DNA from: an uncultured Armatimonadetes bacterium
GTDB taxonomy: Bacteria; Armatimonadota; Hebobacteria; Hebobacterales; Hebobacteraceae
NCBI GenBank assembly: GCA_963716175.1
Contig: OY970296.1
Span: 3,904,001 to 3,968,000, forward strand
DNA length: 64,000 nt
Direction: 5' to 3'
Shown here piece after piece: positions 9,830 through 20,378 of this stretch. The position numbers and the translations under genes are program-made. Under the pieces are notes generated by a model that saw only the letters and a list, made by a program, of their open reading frames with translations, had not been told where the DNA came from and ran no database searches. Positions within the stretch are counted from its first letter, which is position 1, and each line of letters begins with the position of its first letter.

Positions 9830-10858
9830 ATGGGCGGAGAGCGGCCCCTGGGGATTGGCGTGGTGGGGACAGGCGGCTGGGCGACGAGCTTCTGGCAAGA
9901 AGCCCAGTGCGCCCCGGAGGTGACTCTGGTCGCGGCCTGGGATCGCGACGCGGAACGCCTCAGCCAATTCGCCGACGGCTATGGCTGTGAGGTGGCGCCG
10001 ACCTTCGAGGGCTTGCTCGCGAACCCGAGAGTGGAGGCGGTCGCCATCTTCACGCCAAACAACTTCCATCGGGCGCCGGCGGAGGCGGCCGCGGCCGCCG
10101 GCAAACACGTCTTCACCGAGAAGCCCATCGCCAACACCATCCCCGATGCTGCGGCTATGATCCGGGCCTGCCAGCGCGCGGGGGTGACGTTGATGGTGGG
10201 CCACAGCACGCGTTACCGGGGGCCGGCGCGAGCGCTGAAGTCGCTGCTGGAGGAGGGCCGCCTGGGACAAGTGGTGATGGCAGAGGCCAACATCTCGCAC
10301 TCCGGCGGGAGAAGGCTAACAGAGGCGGAATGGAGGTGGCACCGGGAGGAGGCGCCGGGCGGACCACTGATGCAGCTTTCGGTGCATGCCTTCGACACCT
10401 TGCACTACCTGTTCGGCCCCACCAGGCAGGCCACGGCCCTCTCCACCAGCTCCCTGGCGCCCTCCCAGATCGAGGACGTATTCCTGGCGTTGCTGGAGTT
10501 CGAGTCCGGGCTGCTGGCCTATGTCGGGACCAACTATCTGTGCCCGCCAGTGAACTATGTGCGCATCTACGGGGTCGCCGGAAACGTCCACTCAGAGGGC
10601 CCGAAAGTGACCTTCTTGAAGGCGGCCGGCGACTGGGACAGCCACCCGGAGGGGGTGCCAGTCCGCGAGATCAGCGCCCCGGCCGCGGAAATGGCGGAAC
10701 TGGCGCGGGCGGCGCGAGCGCACGGCCACCCCGAGACCGGTGGGAAGGAGGGGCTGCTGGCCCTGGGGGTGGCGTGGGCCTGCCTGCTGTCGGCCGAGCA
10801 GGGCTGCGCGGTGGAGGTGCGGCAGGCGCTGGGAGAAGCGGCGGCGCTGGCGACCTGA
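9830..10858 (+). CDS. Gfo/Idh/MocA family oxidoreductase
   Basis: GVVGTGGW Rossmann motif, HVFTEKP; SD GGAGGGAG before ATG 9830. Confidence 0.9.
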   Translation: MGGERPLGIGVVGTGGWATSFWQEAQCAPEVTLVAAWDRDAERLSQFADGYGCEVAPTFEGLLANPRVEAVAIFTPNNFHRAPAEAAAAAGKHVFTEKPIANTIPDAAAMIRACQRAGVTLMVGHSTRYRGPARALKSLLEEGRLGQVVMAEANISHSGGRRLTEAEWRWHREEAPGGPLMQLSVHAFDTLHYLFGPTRQATALSTSSLAPSQIEDVFLALLEFESGLLAYVGTNYLCPPVNYVRIYGVAGNVHSEGPKVTFLKAAGDWDSHPEGVPVREISAPAAEMAELARAARAHGHPETGGKEGLLALGVAWACLLSAEQGCAVEVRQALGEAAALAT

Positions 10859-10872
10859 TCCGAGAAGCTGTG

Positions 10873-10895
10873 GTAGCCCAGGCTCCCGGCCTGGG
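10873..10895. repeat. GTAG-type REP (GTAGCCCAGGCTCCCGGCCTGGG)
   Basis: Palindrome CCCAGGC/GCCTGGG after GTAG; near-identical copy at 12824-12845. Confidence 0.65.
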
Positions 10896-10993
10896 AGACA
10901 CGCGTTCCCGACGGACGCAGGTTTCCCTGCGATTCCGACGAACCGCGGGGATGACTTCGGCCTGCGCCGAGTGCAGCCGAGCAGGAGGTGGCG

Positions 10994-11863
10994 ATGCTGC
11001 TGCGACCGCAGATGATCGAGCCAGGAACACTGAAGGAGGCGGTGGCCGCGCTCAGCCGGCAGCGGGGGGCAATGGCCTTGGCCGGCGCCACCGACTTGAT
11101 CCCGGCGATCCGGCGGGGGATGGCCAAGCCGCGGGTGCTGGTCAACCTGAAAGGCATCCCCGAGCTGGCGGGGGTGCGGCGGGTGAAGGGCGGCCTGAGC
11201 ATCGGCGCGCTCACCAAAGTGGCAGACTTGCTGCGCAGCCCGCTGGTGGCGCGCGATTGGCCTGTGCTGGCCGAGATCGCCCGCGATTTCGGTTCGCCGC
11301 AAATCCGGAACCTGGCCACAGTAGGCGGGAACCTGTGCAATGCCACGCCCTCCGCCGATCTACCGCTGCCCCTGCTGGTGCTGGAGGCGCGGCTCGAGGT
11401 CGCGGGGCCGCGGGGCAAGAGAGAGCTGGCCATCTCCGACTTTTTCCGGAATGTGAACAAGACGGCGTTGCGCGCTGGTGAGATCCTGACCGCGATCGTG
11501 GTGCCGCGGCCTCCCGTCCGCACCGGGGTGGCCTGGGAGAAGCTGGTGGGTCGGCGGGCGATGGATCTGGCCATCGCCGCAGCCGCGGTGGCGGTCACGC
11601 TGGCCCCAGATGGGAAGACGTGCCGAAAGGCGCGAGTGGCCTTGGGCGCGGTGGCGCCAATCCCCATGAGGGCCCGCGCCGCGGAATCGGTGCTCGAGGG
11701 GAAGAAGCTCACCCCGTCGCTGCTGGCTGAGGCGGCAGCGGCCGCCGCGGCCGAGGCGAAGCCAGTCTCCGACCTGCGCGCCAGCGCCCACTACCGGCGA
11801 GAGATGACGGAAGTGCTGGTGCGGCGAGCACTGCGGCAAGCGCAGCAACGGGCGGTCCGGTAG
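10994..11863 (+). CDS. Xanthine dehydrogenase/CoxM family FAD-binding subunit
   Basis: AGATDL, QIRNLATVGGNL, DLRASAHYR; SD AGGAGG. Confidence 0.92.
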   Translation: MLLRPQMIEPGTLKEAVAALSRQRGAMALAGATDLIPAIRRGMAKPRVLVNLKGIPELAGVRRVKGGLSIGALTKVADLLRSPLVARDWPVLAEIARDFGSPQIRNLATVGGNLCNATPSADLPLPLLVLEARLEVAGPRGKRELAISDFFRNVNKTALRAGEILTAIVVPRPPVRTGVAWEKLVGRRAMDLAIAAAAVAVTLAPDGKTCRKARVALGAVAPIPMRARAAESVLEGKKLTPSLLAEAAAAAAAEAKPVSDLRASAHYRREMTEVLVRRALRQAQQRAVR

Positions 11864-11883
11864 GGCAGGTCCGCGACCTGCCC
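11860..11883. repeat. GTAG-type REP overlapping the stop codon
   Basis: GTAGGGCAGGTCCGCGACCTGCCC; identical core at 24828. Confidence 0.75.
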
Positions 11884-11912
11884 CATGAGCAGAGCAGGAA
11901 GAGGAGCGACAC

Positions 11913-12428
11913 ATGAGTGATCAGATGCTCAGCTTCCGTGTCAATGGCGGAAGCTACCAGGCCGCAGCGCATCCCGCCGAGCGGCTGGTGGATGTGCTGC
12001 GCTATCAGCTCGGCTTCACGGGCGTGAAGGAGGGCTGCGGCACCGGCCAATGCGGCGCCTGCACGGTCCTGCTGGACGGCCGCCCCGTGAACTCGTGCCT
12101 GACCTTCGCGGGCGACGCTGTGGGGCACGAGATCACGACCATCGAAGGTCTGGCCGAAGGCGGGGAGCTGCACCCTCTGCAGCAGGCCTTCATCCAGCAC
12201 GGCGCGGTGCAGTGCGGCTTCTGCACCCCCGGCATGCTGCTGGCGGCGAAGGCGCTGCTGGACGAGAACCCGGGGCCGACGGAAGAGGAAATCCGCCGAG
12301 GATTGACCGGCAATCTCTGCCGATGCACGGGCTATCGCAAGATCATTGACGCCATCCAGGCGGTGGCCGGTTTGCCCGCCAGCCGTGCGGCGCGGCCGCC
12401 GCGCGCCACGCGGAGGAGCCGGCGTTGA
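11913..12428 (+). CDS. (2Fe-2S)-binding subunit, CoxS-like
   Basis: GCGTGQCGACT, QCGFCTPG, GNLCRCTGY. Confidence 0.95.
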   Translation: MSDQMLSFRVNGGSYQAAAHPAERLVDVLRYQLGFTGVKEGCGTGQCGACTVLLDGRPVNSCLTFAGDAVGHEITTIEGLAEGGELHPLQQAFIQHGAVQCGFCTPGMLLAAKALLDENPGPTEEEIRRGLTGNLCRCTGYRKIIDAIQAVAGLPASRAARPPRATRRSRR

Positions 12429-14706
12429 GGTACGTCGCGGTCGGCAAACGCGTGCCGCGCCTCGACGCCCCCGAGAAGGTGACGGGGAAGGAGCAATTTG
12501 GCGCCGACATCGCCCTGCCGGGAATGGTATGGGGGGCGGTCCGGCGGTCACGAGAGCCGCATGCCCGCATCCGCGGCATGGACACGAGCAAGGCCGTACG
12601 GATGCCGGGCGTGGTGGCGGTGATCACCGGGCGTGAGCTTCCCGCCCTGGCGCGAGACAAGGTGCGCTACCAGGGGGAAGCAGTAGCGGCAGTGGCGGCG
12701 CTGACCCGCGAACGAGCGTCGGCAGCGGCGCGGGCCATCGCGGTGGACTACGAGCGCTTGCCTGTGGTCACTGACGTGCGGGCCGCAATCCGGCCAGGGG
12801 CGCCGCTGCTACACGCCGATGTGGTAGCCCAGGCTCCCAGCCTGGCACGCCGTCGCCAAGAGGCCGAGCCGCGCACGCTGCCCAACGTGTGCGATGAGAC
12901 GGTGGTGAGGCGAGGAGACGTGAAGGCCGGGTTCGCCGCCAGCGACCTCATCTTCGAGGACACCTTCGAGACGCCGTGGGTGCACCAGGGGTACATCGAG
13001 CCCCATGTCTCGGTGGCCGACTACAACCCGGTCACCGGGAAACTATCAATCTGGACCAGCACACAGGGGCAGTTCGCGGTCCGCAGCAGGGTAGCTCAGA
13101 CGCTGGGCCTGCCGATGAACCGGGTGCGGGTGATCGGCGCTCCCGTGGGGGGAGGGTTCGGAGGCAAGGGAGGGGTGATACTGGAGCCGATCTGCGCCGC
13201 GTTGTCGCGGCAATGCGGACGGCCGGTGAAGATGGTGATGACACGGGAGGAAGAGTTCCTGGCGAACCGGCCCTGCGGAGGATCAGTGCTGGAGCTGAAG
13301 ACTGGAGTCAAGAAGAGCGGCGAACTGATGGCGCTGCAAGCGCGGCTGCTGTTCGACACCGGGGCCTATGGCGGGGCGCAAGCCGGCACCGGGGCCACCC
13401 TGGTGCAGGGACCCTATCGCATCCCCAACCTGCTGGTGAGGGCCTACTCGATCTACACCAATAAGCCGTCGGCCGGAGCGAGAAGGGCGCTGACCGCCCC
13501 GCATGTGCATTTCGCCATCGAAAGCCAGCTCGACATCATCGCCCATGCGCTGGAGATGGACCCGCTGGAGATCAGGCTGAAGAACGTGATCGGGGAGGGT
13601 GATCCGGTGGTCGGAAATGCCACCATGCCCTACTCGCTGCCGGAGAAGGTGATTCGGGCGGCGGCGGAGGGCGCGGGTGGTCGCGTAGGGGCGTGGTTCA
13701 CCACGCCCAGAAGGCGGGCGCAATGAAGTGCGCCCCTGCCGAGGGGAAGGCGAGGGGGATGGGCATCGCGGCCGGGCACTGGACGTGCTGGGCCGCGGGA
13801 TCGAGCGCCTATGTGCAGCTCAACGAGGATGGCACAGTCTCGGTGGTGACCGGCGCGATCAACTTGAGTGGCACCGACACCTCCTTCGCCCAGATCGCGG
13901 CGGAGTCGTTCGGCATCCCCGTGGCGCGAGTGACCGTGCAGGTGGGCGACACTGACACCGGCCCGCGGAACGACGGCTCTCACCACAGCCGGGTGCTGTT
14001 CGGCGTCGGGGAGGCAGTGCGGCGAGCCTGCGAGGACGCCAAGCGCCAGCTCGCGGAGACGCTGGCCGCTGATCTGGGCGCCAGCCCGGACAAGATCGAA
14101 GTCTCGCAGGGCCGGGTGAGGGTGGCGGGCATGGGTAGGCCCGCCCTGCAGTTGGCGGAGGCGGCAAGCCGGGCGGCCGACTACCGCGGCGCGATCGTGG
14201 GGCGGGCCGCGCTGACGGAGCTGCCGTTCTCGATCTCGTCTGCGGCGCAGGTGGCGGAGGTGGAGGTAGACTGCGAGACTGGGCAGGTGGAGCTGAAGCG
14301 GCTCACCTGCGCTCAGGATGTGGGGTTCGCAATCAACCCCATGAGTGTGGAGGGCCAGATCGAGGGAGGGGCCTCGCACGGGATTGGCTATGCGTTGAGC
14401 GAGGAGTACCGGTACCATCAGGGACGATTGCTGAATGGCAACTTCATGGACTTTCGCATGCCCACCGCGCTGGATCACCCCGAATACCGGATCGCGCTGA
14501 TCGAGGAGCAAGTGGATGGCGGACCCTTCGGGGCGAAGGGCGTAGGCGAGCCCCCGACCATCCCCACCGCGGCTGCTATCGCGAACGCGATCTTCGATGC
14601 CGTGGGGGCCAGGGTGAGAGAGATTCCGATCACGCCGGAGCGGCTGTATTGGGCGATGAAGAGCGCCAAACCGGCGGAGAGGGCGAAGGCAGGGAGACGG
14701 CGATGA
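12425..14706 (+). CDS. Xanthine dehydrogenase family molybdopterin-binding subunit, copy 1 (frameshift at 13675-13677, probably a sequencing error)
   Basis: ORFs 12425-13726 and 13693-14706 join into one protein. GGGFGGK, GQIEGG, KGVGEPP. The paralog has GGGG where this copy has GGG. Confidence 0.88.
13685..13739. repeat. 55-bp REPIN-like element inside Mo subunit 1
   Basis: GTAGGGGCGTGGTTCACCACGCCC...GGGCGCAATGAAGTGCGCCCCTGC. Confidence 0.75.
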
Positions 14707-16933
14707 GATACACGGCGGTCGGGAAGAGAGTCCCGCGGCTGGATGGACCCGAGAAGGTCACGGGCCAGGCGCGCTTCGGGGCGGACATCAGCCTGCCGGG
14801 GATGGCGTGGGGAGCGGTGGTGCGCTCGCGCCAGCCGCACACGTGGATCCGCGGCGTGCACACGGAGAAGGCCTCGCGCATGCCGGGCGTGCTGGCGATA
14901 ATCACCGGGAAAGACTTCCCGCGCCTGGGTGAGAGTGACGTGCCCGTGCTGGCGCGGGACAAGGTGCGGTACCAAGGCGAGGCCGTGGCTGCGCTAGCGG
15001 CGCTCACGCCCGAGCAGGCCGCCGCCGCGGCGCGCGCGATCCAGGTGGACTACGAGCCACTGCCGGTGCTCACGGATGTGCGAATGGCGATTGAGCCACG
15101 CGCGACCCTGGTGCACGAAGAGGCGAAGCCGGCGGCCCTTCCTAATGTCTGCGACCAGACCACGGTGAGGCGCGGCGACGTGCAGGCCGGGTTCGCGGCC
15201 TCCTACCGTGTGTTCGAGGATACCTTCGAGACGCCGTGGGTGCACCAGGGGTACATCGAACCCCATGTTGCACTCGCCGACGTCAACCCGGCGACAGGCA
15301 AGGTGACGGTGTGGACGAGCACCCAGGCCCAGTTCAACCTGCGGTCGGAGCTGGCCGGGATCTTCGACCTCCCAATGCATCGGGTGCGCGTGATCGGCAC
15401 CCCGGTGGGCGGCGGGTTCGGGGGAAAAGCGGCGGCCACCGTGGAGCCCCTGTGCCTCGAGCTGTCCAGGCGCATCCATCGGCCTGTGAAGATCATCATG
15501 AGCCGCGAAGACGAGTTCCTCGCCAACCACCCCTGCGGCGGGTCGGTGCTGGAGCTGAAGACCGGGGTCAAGAAGGACGGGGAACTGGTGGCGCTGCAGG
15601 CGCGGCTGCTGTTCGACACTGGCGCCTATGCGGGAGCGCAGTCCGGCACCGGCGCGGTGCTGGCGCAGGGTCCGTATCGCTTCCCCAACCTGCTGGTCCG
15701 GGCCTATGCCATCTACACCAACAAGCCATCGGCCGGGGCCCGCCGAGCCCTCACCGCGCCGCACGTGCACTTCGCCCTGGAAAGCCAGCTCGACATCATC
15801 GCGCATGAGCTCGCTCTCGATCCGCTGGCGATTCGGCTCAGAACGCGCTGCGTGAGGGCGACCCGGTGGTGGGCGACAGCACCCTTCCCTACTCCCTCCC
15901 GGAGAAGGTGATCCGGGCTGCGGCAGAGGGCGCGGGGTGGTCGCGTAGGGGCGTGGTTCACCACGCACGAAACCTGGGCGCGATAGACCGCGCCCCTACC
16001 ACGGGCAAGGCGCGGGGCGTCGGCATCGCGGGCGGACATTGGACCTGCTGGGCGGGGCCGTCGAGTGCGGTGGTTCACGTGAATGAGGATGGCACGGTCT
16101 CCGTGCTCACCGGTGCGATCAACCTGACTGGCACAGATACCTCTTTCGCGCAGATCGCGGCGGAGTCCTTTGGCATTCCCGTGGAGCGGGTGACGGTGCA
16201 GGTCGGAGATACGGACACGGGGCCGCGCAATGAGGGCTCCTGGGGGAGCCGGGTGCTGTTCGGCGTCGGGGAGGCGGTGCGGCGCGCCTGCGAGGATGCC
16301 AAGCGCGAGCTGGCGGAGGCGCTGGCAGCCGAGCTGGGCACGGCGCCGGATGAGATCGAGGTGGCGGGGGGCCGCGTGCGCGCGGGGGGCCGCCGGTTCC
16401 CGCTGGCCGAGGCCGCCGGCCGGGCCGTGGAATACCGGGGCGCGGTGGTGGGGCGGGCGGCGCTGACCGAACTCCCCTTCGGCATTGCGTTTTCTGCCCA
16501 AGTGGCGGAGGTGGAGGTGGACCGAGAGACGGGCCAGGTGGAGCTGAAACGGCTGATCTGCGCGCAGGATGTAGGGCTGGCCATCAACCCCATGAGCGTG
16601 GAGGGACAGATCGAGGGGGCGGCCTCGCAGGGCCTGGGCTATGCGCTGTGCGAGGAGTACATCTACGATCAGGGGCGGATGCTGAACGCGAACCTGATGG
16701 ACTTCCGCATGCCCACCGCGCTCGATCATCCCGAGTTCCAGGTGGCGCTGATTGAAGAGCAACTCGACGGAGGCCCCTTTGGGGCGAAGGGGGTGGGCGA
16801 GCCGCCGATGATCCCGACGGCGCCCGCCATCGCCAATGCCATCTTCGATGCCGTGGGAGCCCGCGTGCGGCGCCTGCCGATCACGCCGGAGCGGCTGCAC
16901 GCGGAGATGAAGCGTGGCCGATCGGGCCGGTGA
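14703..16933 (+). CDS. Molybdopterin-binding subunit, copy 2 (frameshift near 15840, probably a sequencing error)
   Basis: ATGA overlap with copy 1 and collinear with it. CTC A-G AAC here versus CTG AAG AAC in copy 1. Confidence 0.88.
15945..15999. repeat. 55-bp REPIN-like element inside Mo subunit 2
   Basis: GTAGGGGCG...CGCCCCTAC with two internal hairpins. Confidence 0.8.
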
Positions 16934-17525
16934 GCAGACGGCGGCAGTGGTGCTGGCAGCGGGAGAATCATCTCGCCTGGGGCGGCCCAAATCACTCCTG
17001 CCTTTCGGCGAAAGCACAGTGATTGGCTGTGTGGTGGGGGCGATGGAGGGCGCCGGAGTGCATCCCATACTGGTGGTGGCGGGAGCCGCTGCCCCAGAGA
17101 TACAGGCGGCCCTCGCTAGGACGCCAGCACAGGTGCTCCTCAACCCCGCACCCGAGCGGGGGATGGTATCGTCTCTGCGCATCGGCGTAGGCGCGCTGCC
17201 GGATAAGGTTGGGCGCTTCCTGATCGCGCTGGGAGACCAACCCAGGCTCAAGGCCTCTGATGTCACGCGCCTCCTGGACGAACAGGCGCGCCTGGGCAAG
17301 GACATCGCCATCGCCAGCTACCGGGGGAAGCGCGGTCATCCGGTCGTCTTCACCTCCCGCTATCGCGAGGAGATACTCACCTTGCGGGATGACCAGGTTC
17401 TCCGCGATCTGATCCACTCCCATGCCGATGATGTGACAGTGGTGGAATGCGAATCCGACGGCGTGATCCATGACATTGACACCCAGGAAGACTATGAGCG
17501 TGAACTCGGGCGGACCAATCCCTAG
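16914..17525 (+). CDS. mocA: Molybdenum cofactor cytidylyltransferase (MocA-like)
   Basis: VVLAAGESSRLGRPK, LGDQP, GHPV, DIDTQEDY; operon context. Confidence 0.8.
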   Translation: MADRAGEQTAAVVLAAGESSRLGRPKSLLPFGESTVIGCVVGAMEGAGVHPILVVAGAAAPEIQAALARTPAQVLLNPAPERGMVSSLRIGVGALPDKVGRFLIALGDQPRLKASDVTRLLDEQARLGKDIAIASYRGKRGHPVVFTSRYREEILTLRDDQVLRDLIHSHADDVTVVECESDGVIHDIDTQEDYERELGRTNP

Positions 17526-18612
17526 CAGCGCCACTGGCATTCTCGCGGAGGTGGTGCGCCTCCAGGCGGCGGGGCGGAAGGGTGTGCTGGCCAGCCCCTT
17601 CTGGTCGCTGGGCTCGGTGCCGGTGAGCGCGTGGGCGAAGCTGCTGATGCGGGACGACGGCTCCACCCTGGGGACGGTAGGGGGAGGAGCGCTGGAGGCC
17701 GAGGTGCTGCGAGCGGCCCCGGAGGTGCTGAGAGAGGGAAGGCCGCGCCTGCTCACCTTCGACCTCACCGCCTCTCAGGCGGCCGACGCCGGCATGATCT
17801 GCGGGGGCCGCTGCGCCATCTTGCTGGAGCCAATCGCACCCGGCAGCGGGGAAGAGGTGTTTGCGGCTGCAGCCAGGGCGGAGGCGGCAGGTGAGCCCAT
17901 CGTGATCGTCACTGTGCTCGACGCAGAGGCGGGCCTCACCAGAATGGCGGTAGGCGCGGGGGGTGCACAGCTCGGGACGACCGGCGAGGCCGCAGCCGAT
18001 GAGGCGCTGGTGAAGGAGGCCCTGGCGGCTTTGGCGGAGGGGCGGCCGCGCCATATCGAGCAGCCTGTGACCGCTCATATCGAACCCCTCCTGCCGCGGC
18101 CTTCTCTCTTCATCTTCGGCGGAGGACACATCGCGCTGCCCGTGGCTCACATGGCCGAGATCATCGGCTTTCGCGTGACGGTGATTGACGACCGGGAGGA
18201 GTTCGCAAACCGGCAGCGCTTCCCGAGCGCAGAGCAGGTGGTGGTGGCAGAGGTGGCCCAGGCCTTCCGCGATCTGCGTGTGGGCAGCGATGGCTACGTG
18301 GTGGCGGTGACGCGAGGGCACTTGATGGACGAGGAGGTAGTAGCCCAGGCTTTGAGGACGCCGGCCCGCTATATCGGCATGATCGGGAGCAAGCGGAAGG
18401 TGGCGGCAGTGTTCGACCGCCTGCGCCACCGCGGGTGCTCCCAGCACGACCTGGCGCGGGTGCACGCTCCCATCGGCCTCCGGATCGGCGCGGATAGCGT
18501 GGAGGAGATCGCGGTCAGCATCCTGGCTGAGCTGATCCAGGAGCGACGCCGGACGGCCGGCGCTACCGAGCCCGGGCCAGCTTCTCACCAGCCGGCACAG
18601 TCGGGTCCGTGA
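17494..18612 (+). CDS. xdhC: XdhC/CoxI family Moco-insertion chaperone
   Basis: GTVGGGALE, GMICGG, FGGGHIA, YIGMIGS, APIGL. Confidence 0.9.
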   Translation: MSVNSGGPIPSSATGILAEVVRLQAAGRKGVLASPFWSLGSVPVSAWAKLLMRDDGSTLGTVGGGALEAEVLRAAPEVLREGRPRLLTFDLTASQAADAGMICGGRCAILLEPIAPGSGEEVFAAAARAEAAGEPIVIVTVLDAEAGLTRMAVGAGGAQLGTTGEAAADEALVKEALAALAEGRPRHIEQPVTAHIEPLLPRPSLFIFGGGHIALPVAHMAEIIGFRVTVIDDREEFANRQRFPSAEQVVVAEVAQAFRDLRVGSDGYVVAVTRGHLMDEEVVAQALRTPARYIGMIGSKRKVAAVFDRLRHRGCSQHDLARVHAPIGLRIGADSVEEIAVSILAELIQERRRTAGATEPGPASHQPAQSGP

Positions 18613-19837
18613 GGTCGGGCGGAGGCAGCGGGCGACGGGCTCCGCGGCCATAGTCCTGGGCCAGCGCCACTCCCCGGTAGTAGTGGCCCAGTATCTGCTG
18701 ATAGCTGATGCCAGCGCGGGCCATCCCGATAGCGCCGTGCTGGGAGAGGCCCACACCTTCCCCCGCGCCATAGCCGGTGATGACGAACCCGTCCTTGCCG
18801 GTGTGGACGCTGACCAGCCGCGTGTCGTGGTCGTAGGACTCGCCGGTATCCTGTCCCGTCAGCCCGAGCACGACCCTGACGTCGTGCGGACGCCAGACCC
18901 TCGCTTCGCCTCTGGCGCCAATGATGTGTAGGTCCATGATGCGACCGGTCTCCCATGGAGAGACTCTCACCTCGCGCACCGCCCCCACCTCTTTTCCGGT
19001 GACGGAGCGGACCCGCTGGCGAATCTGCTCCGCGGTAGCAGTAACGGTCCATTGGTAGCAGTCCGGGTAATGGAGGTCCGCGGCCACCACGTCATAGGGG
19101 GAGGGGACTGGGGTGAGGTACTCGAGCCGATAGCTGCCCGGCCAGGCCTGATCGGTGGGAGCGGTATGCCCGCCGGCGTTGGCGTGGTAGGCGGCGAGGA
19201 TCACCCTCCCGTGGTGGGTGAGCACCTGCCCGCGGGTGCGGCGGACGGCCTGGCTGGCCTGGTTGGTCTCACTGCCCACCCCGCGGTAGACCTGACAGTG
19301 CCCACTGGCGCAGAGATCGAAGCCTTCCTCTTGGTGTCTGTGCTGGACATCCCGGATGTAGAGAGCGAGGGTGCGGGAGGCCACGGCCTGGGCCTCGAGC
19401 GCGCCCGGCTGGGCGAAGATTTCGTTGGGCACTACCCCCTGCAGATAGTCCTCCAGGTCGAGGATGTTGACGACCTGGAGGCGGCGCAACTGCCGCAGCT
19501 CGATCCTGAGCACACCTCGATAGCGCTCACCATCCAGGGAGAGTGGTTGCTCCGGCCAGGTGGGAGAGAGGGAGACCCAGCGTCCGGGCCGCACCGCATC
19601 GCCACCATCTCCGGCCCACGCCAGCTCATCACCACGGGCGGTGATCCTGAGTTCCCCATCAAAGGTACCTCTGTCTCGCTCCCCCTGCCAGTGGCCCTGA
19701 CCGCCGACCAGCAGAGAACCAGGCGCGCTCGGGCCGAAGTAAAGCCCTACCCGGACGGCCTGCGACTTCGCCCGGATGCCGCCAGCCCAAGGGCCGAGCG
19801 CCCATAGCGCGATGAAGAGAGCAAGCGCGGTGCGCAT
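18563..19837 (-). CDS. SpoIID/LytB domain protein (exported lytic transglycosylase)
   Basis: Signal peptide, LEDYLQGVVPNE, AQAVASRT, CQVYRG, GVGLSQHGA, ILGHYY. Confidence 0.9.
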   Translation of the reverse strand: MRTALALFIALWALGPWAGGIRAKSQAVRVGLYFGPSAPGSLLVGGQGHWQGERDRGTFDGELRITARGDELAWAGDGGDAVRPGRWVSLSPTWPEQPLSLDGERYRGVLRIELRQLRRLQVVNILDLEDYLQGVVPNEIFAQPGALEAQAVASRTLALYIRDVQHRHQEEGFDLCASGHCQVYRGVGSETNQASQAVRRTRGQVLTHHGRVILAAYHANAGGHTAPTDQAWPGSYRLEYLTPVPSPYDVVAADLHYPDCYQWTVTATAEQIRQRVRSVTGKEVGAVREVRVSPWETGRIMDLHIIGARGEARVWRPHDVRVVLGLTGQDTGESYDHDTRLVSVHTGKDGFVITGYGAGEGVGLSQHGAIGMARAGISYQQILGHYYRGVALAQDYGRGARRPLPPPDLTDPTVPAGEKLARAR

Positions 19838-19890
19838 CTTTGCTGGCCTACCTGTTGCGATCTGCGGAGAGCATGGGTTTGGGCAACCTC

Positions 19891-19919
19891 TTGCTGCCAG
19901 AGAGGAGTTATGTTAGAGT
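19891..19919 (+). promoter_or_regulatory. Putative sigma70 promoter
   Basis: TTGCTG-17-TAGAGT with TGn extension. Confidence 0.4.
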
Positions 19920-19960
19920 TGCGGCGTGGTCAGGTCCTGGCACTTCGGAGGGGTGGGCTG

Positions 19961-20314
19961 TTGATCTACCTGCTGGCTGGGATTGCGCTTCTGCTCGTGC
20001 TCTGGTACCTGATTGGCGCCGCCTGGGCCGCCTCTATCGCGCAGCATCGCCCGGAGCTGCACGAGGGCGTGCAGCGAGCGCGGTACGGGTGGCGCTGCCC
20101 GAAGTGCGGCGATCTGAAAACACCTGCGTGCAGAGCCGAGAACTGCGGCGGGCCGCTGGTCTGGGTGCAGCGAGATGCCAGGATCAAGTGTGCGCGCTGC
20201 CACCGTTACTTTATTCCACACCCCATGCTGTTTCGGCAGACGCCCAGGCCCCGGCGGGCGCGCTGCCGGCGGTGTGGCTGGATAGGCGTGGTCAGGGAGT
20301 GGAAGATCAGCTAG
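19961..20314 (+). CDS. Membrane-anchored Cys-rich (Zn-ribbon) hypothetical protein
   Basis: N-terminal TM, CPKC, C-x4-C, CARC, CRRC; GGAGGGG SD before TTG. Confidence 0.65.
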   Translation: MIYLLAGIALLLVLWYLIGAAWAASIAQHRPELHEGVQRARYGWRCPKCGDLKTPACRAENCGGPLVWVQRDARIKCARCHRYFIPHPMLFRQTPRPRRARCRRCGWIGVVREWKIS

Positions 20315-20378
20315 ACCCCGTCTCGCAAGCTGGCCCTGACCCGTTGGGCAGGAGCTTGCTCCTGCCACCGCGCAGGAC

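Noticed and set aside
13693-14706. Naturally split Mo subunits or programmed frameshifting
   Set aside because: The breaks are at different positions in the two paralogs, and each is repaired by the base present in the other copy.
18338-18352. GTAGCCCAGGCT inside xdhC as another REP
   Set aside because: No palindromic second arm; encodes ordinary sequence (VAQAL).
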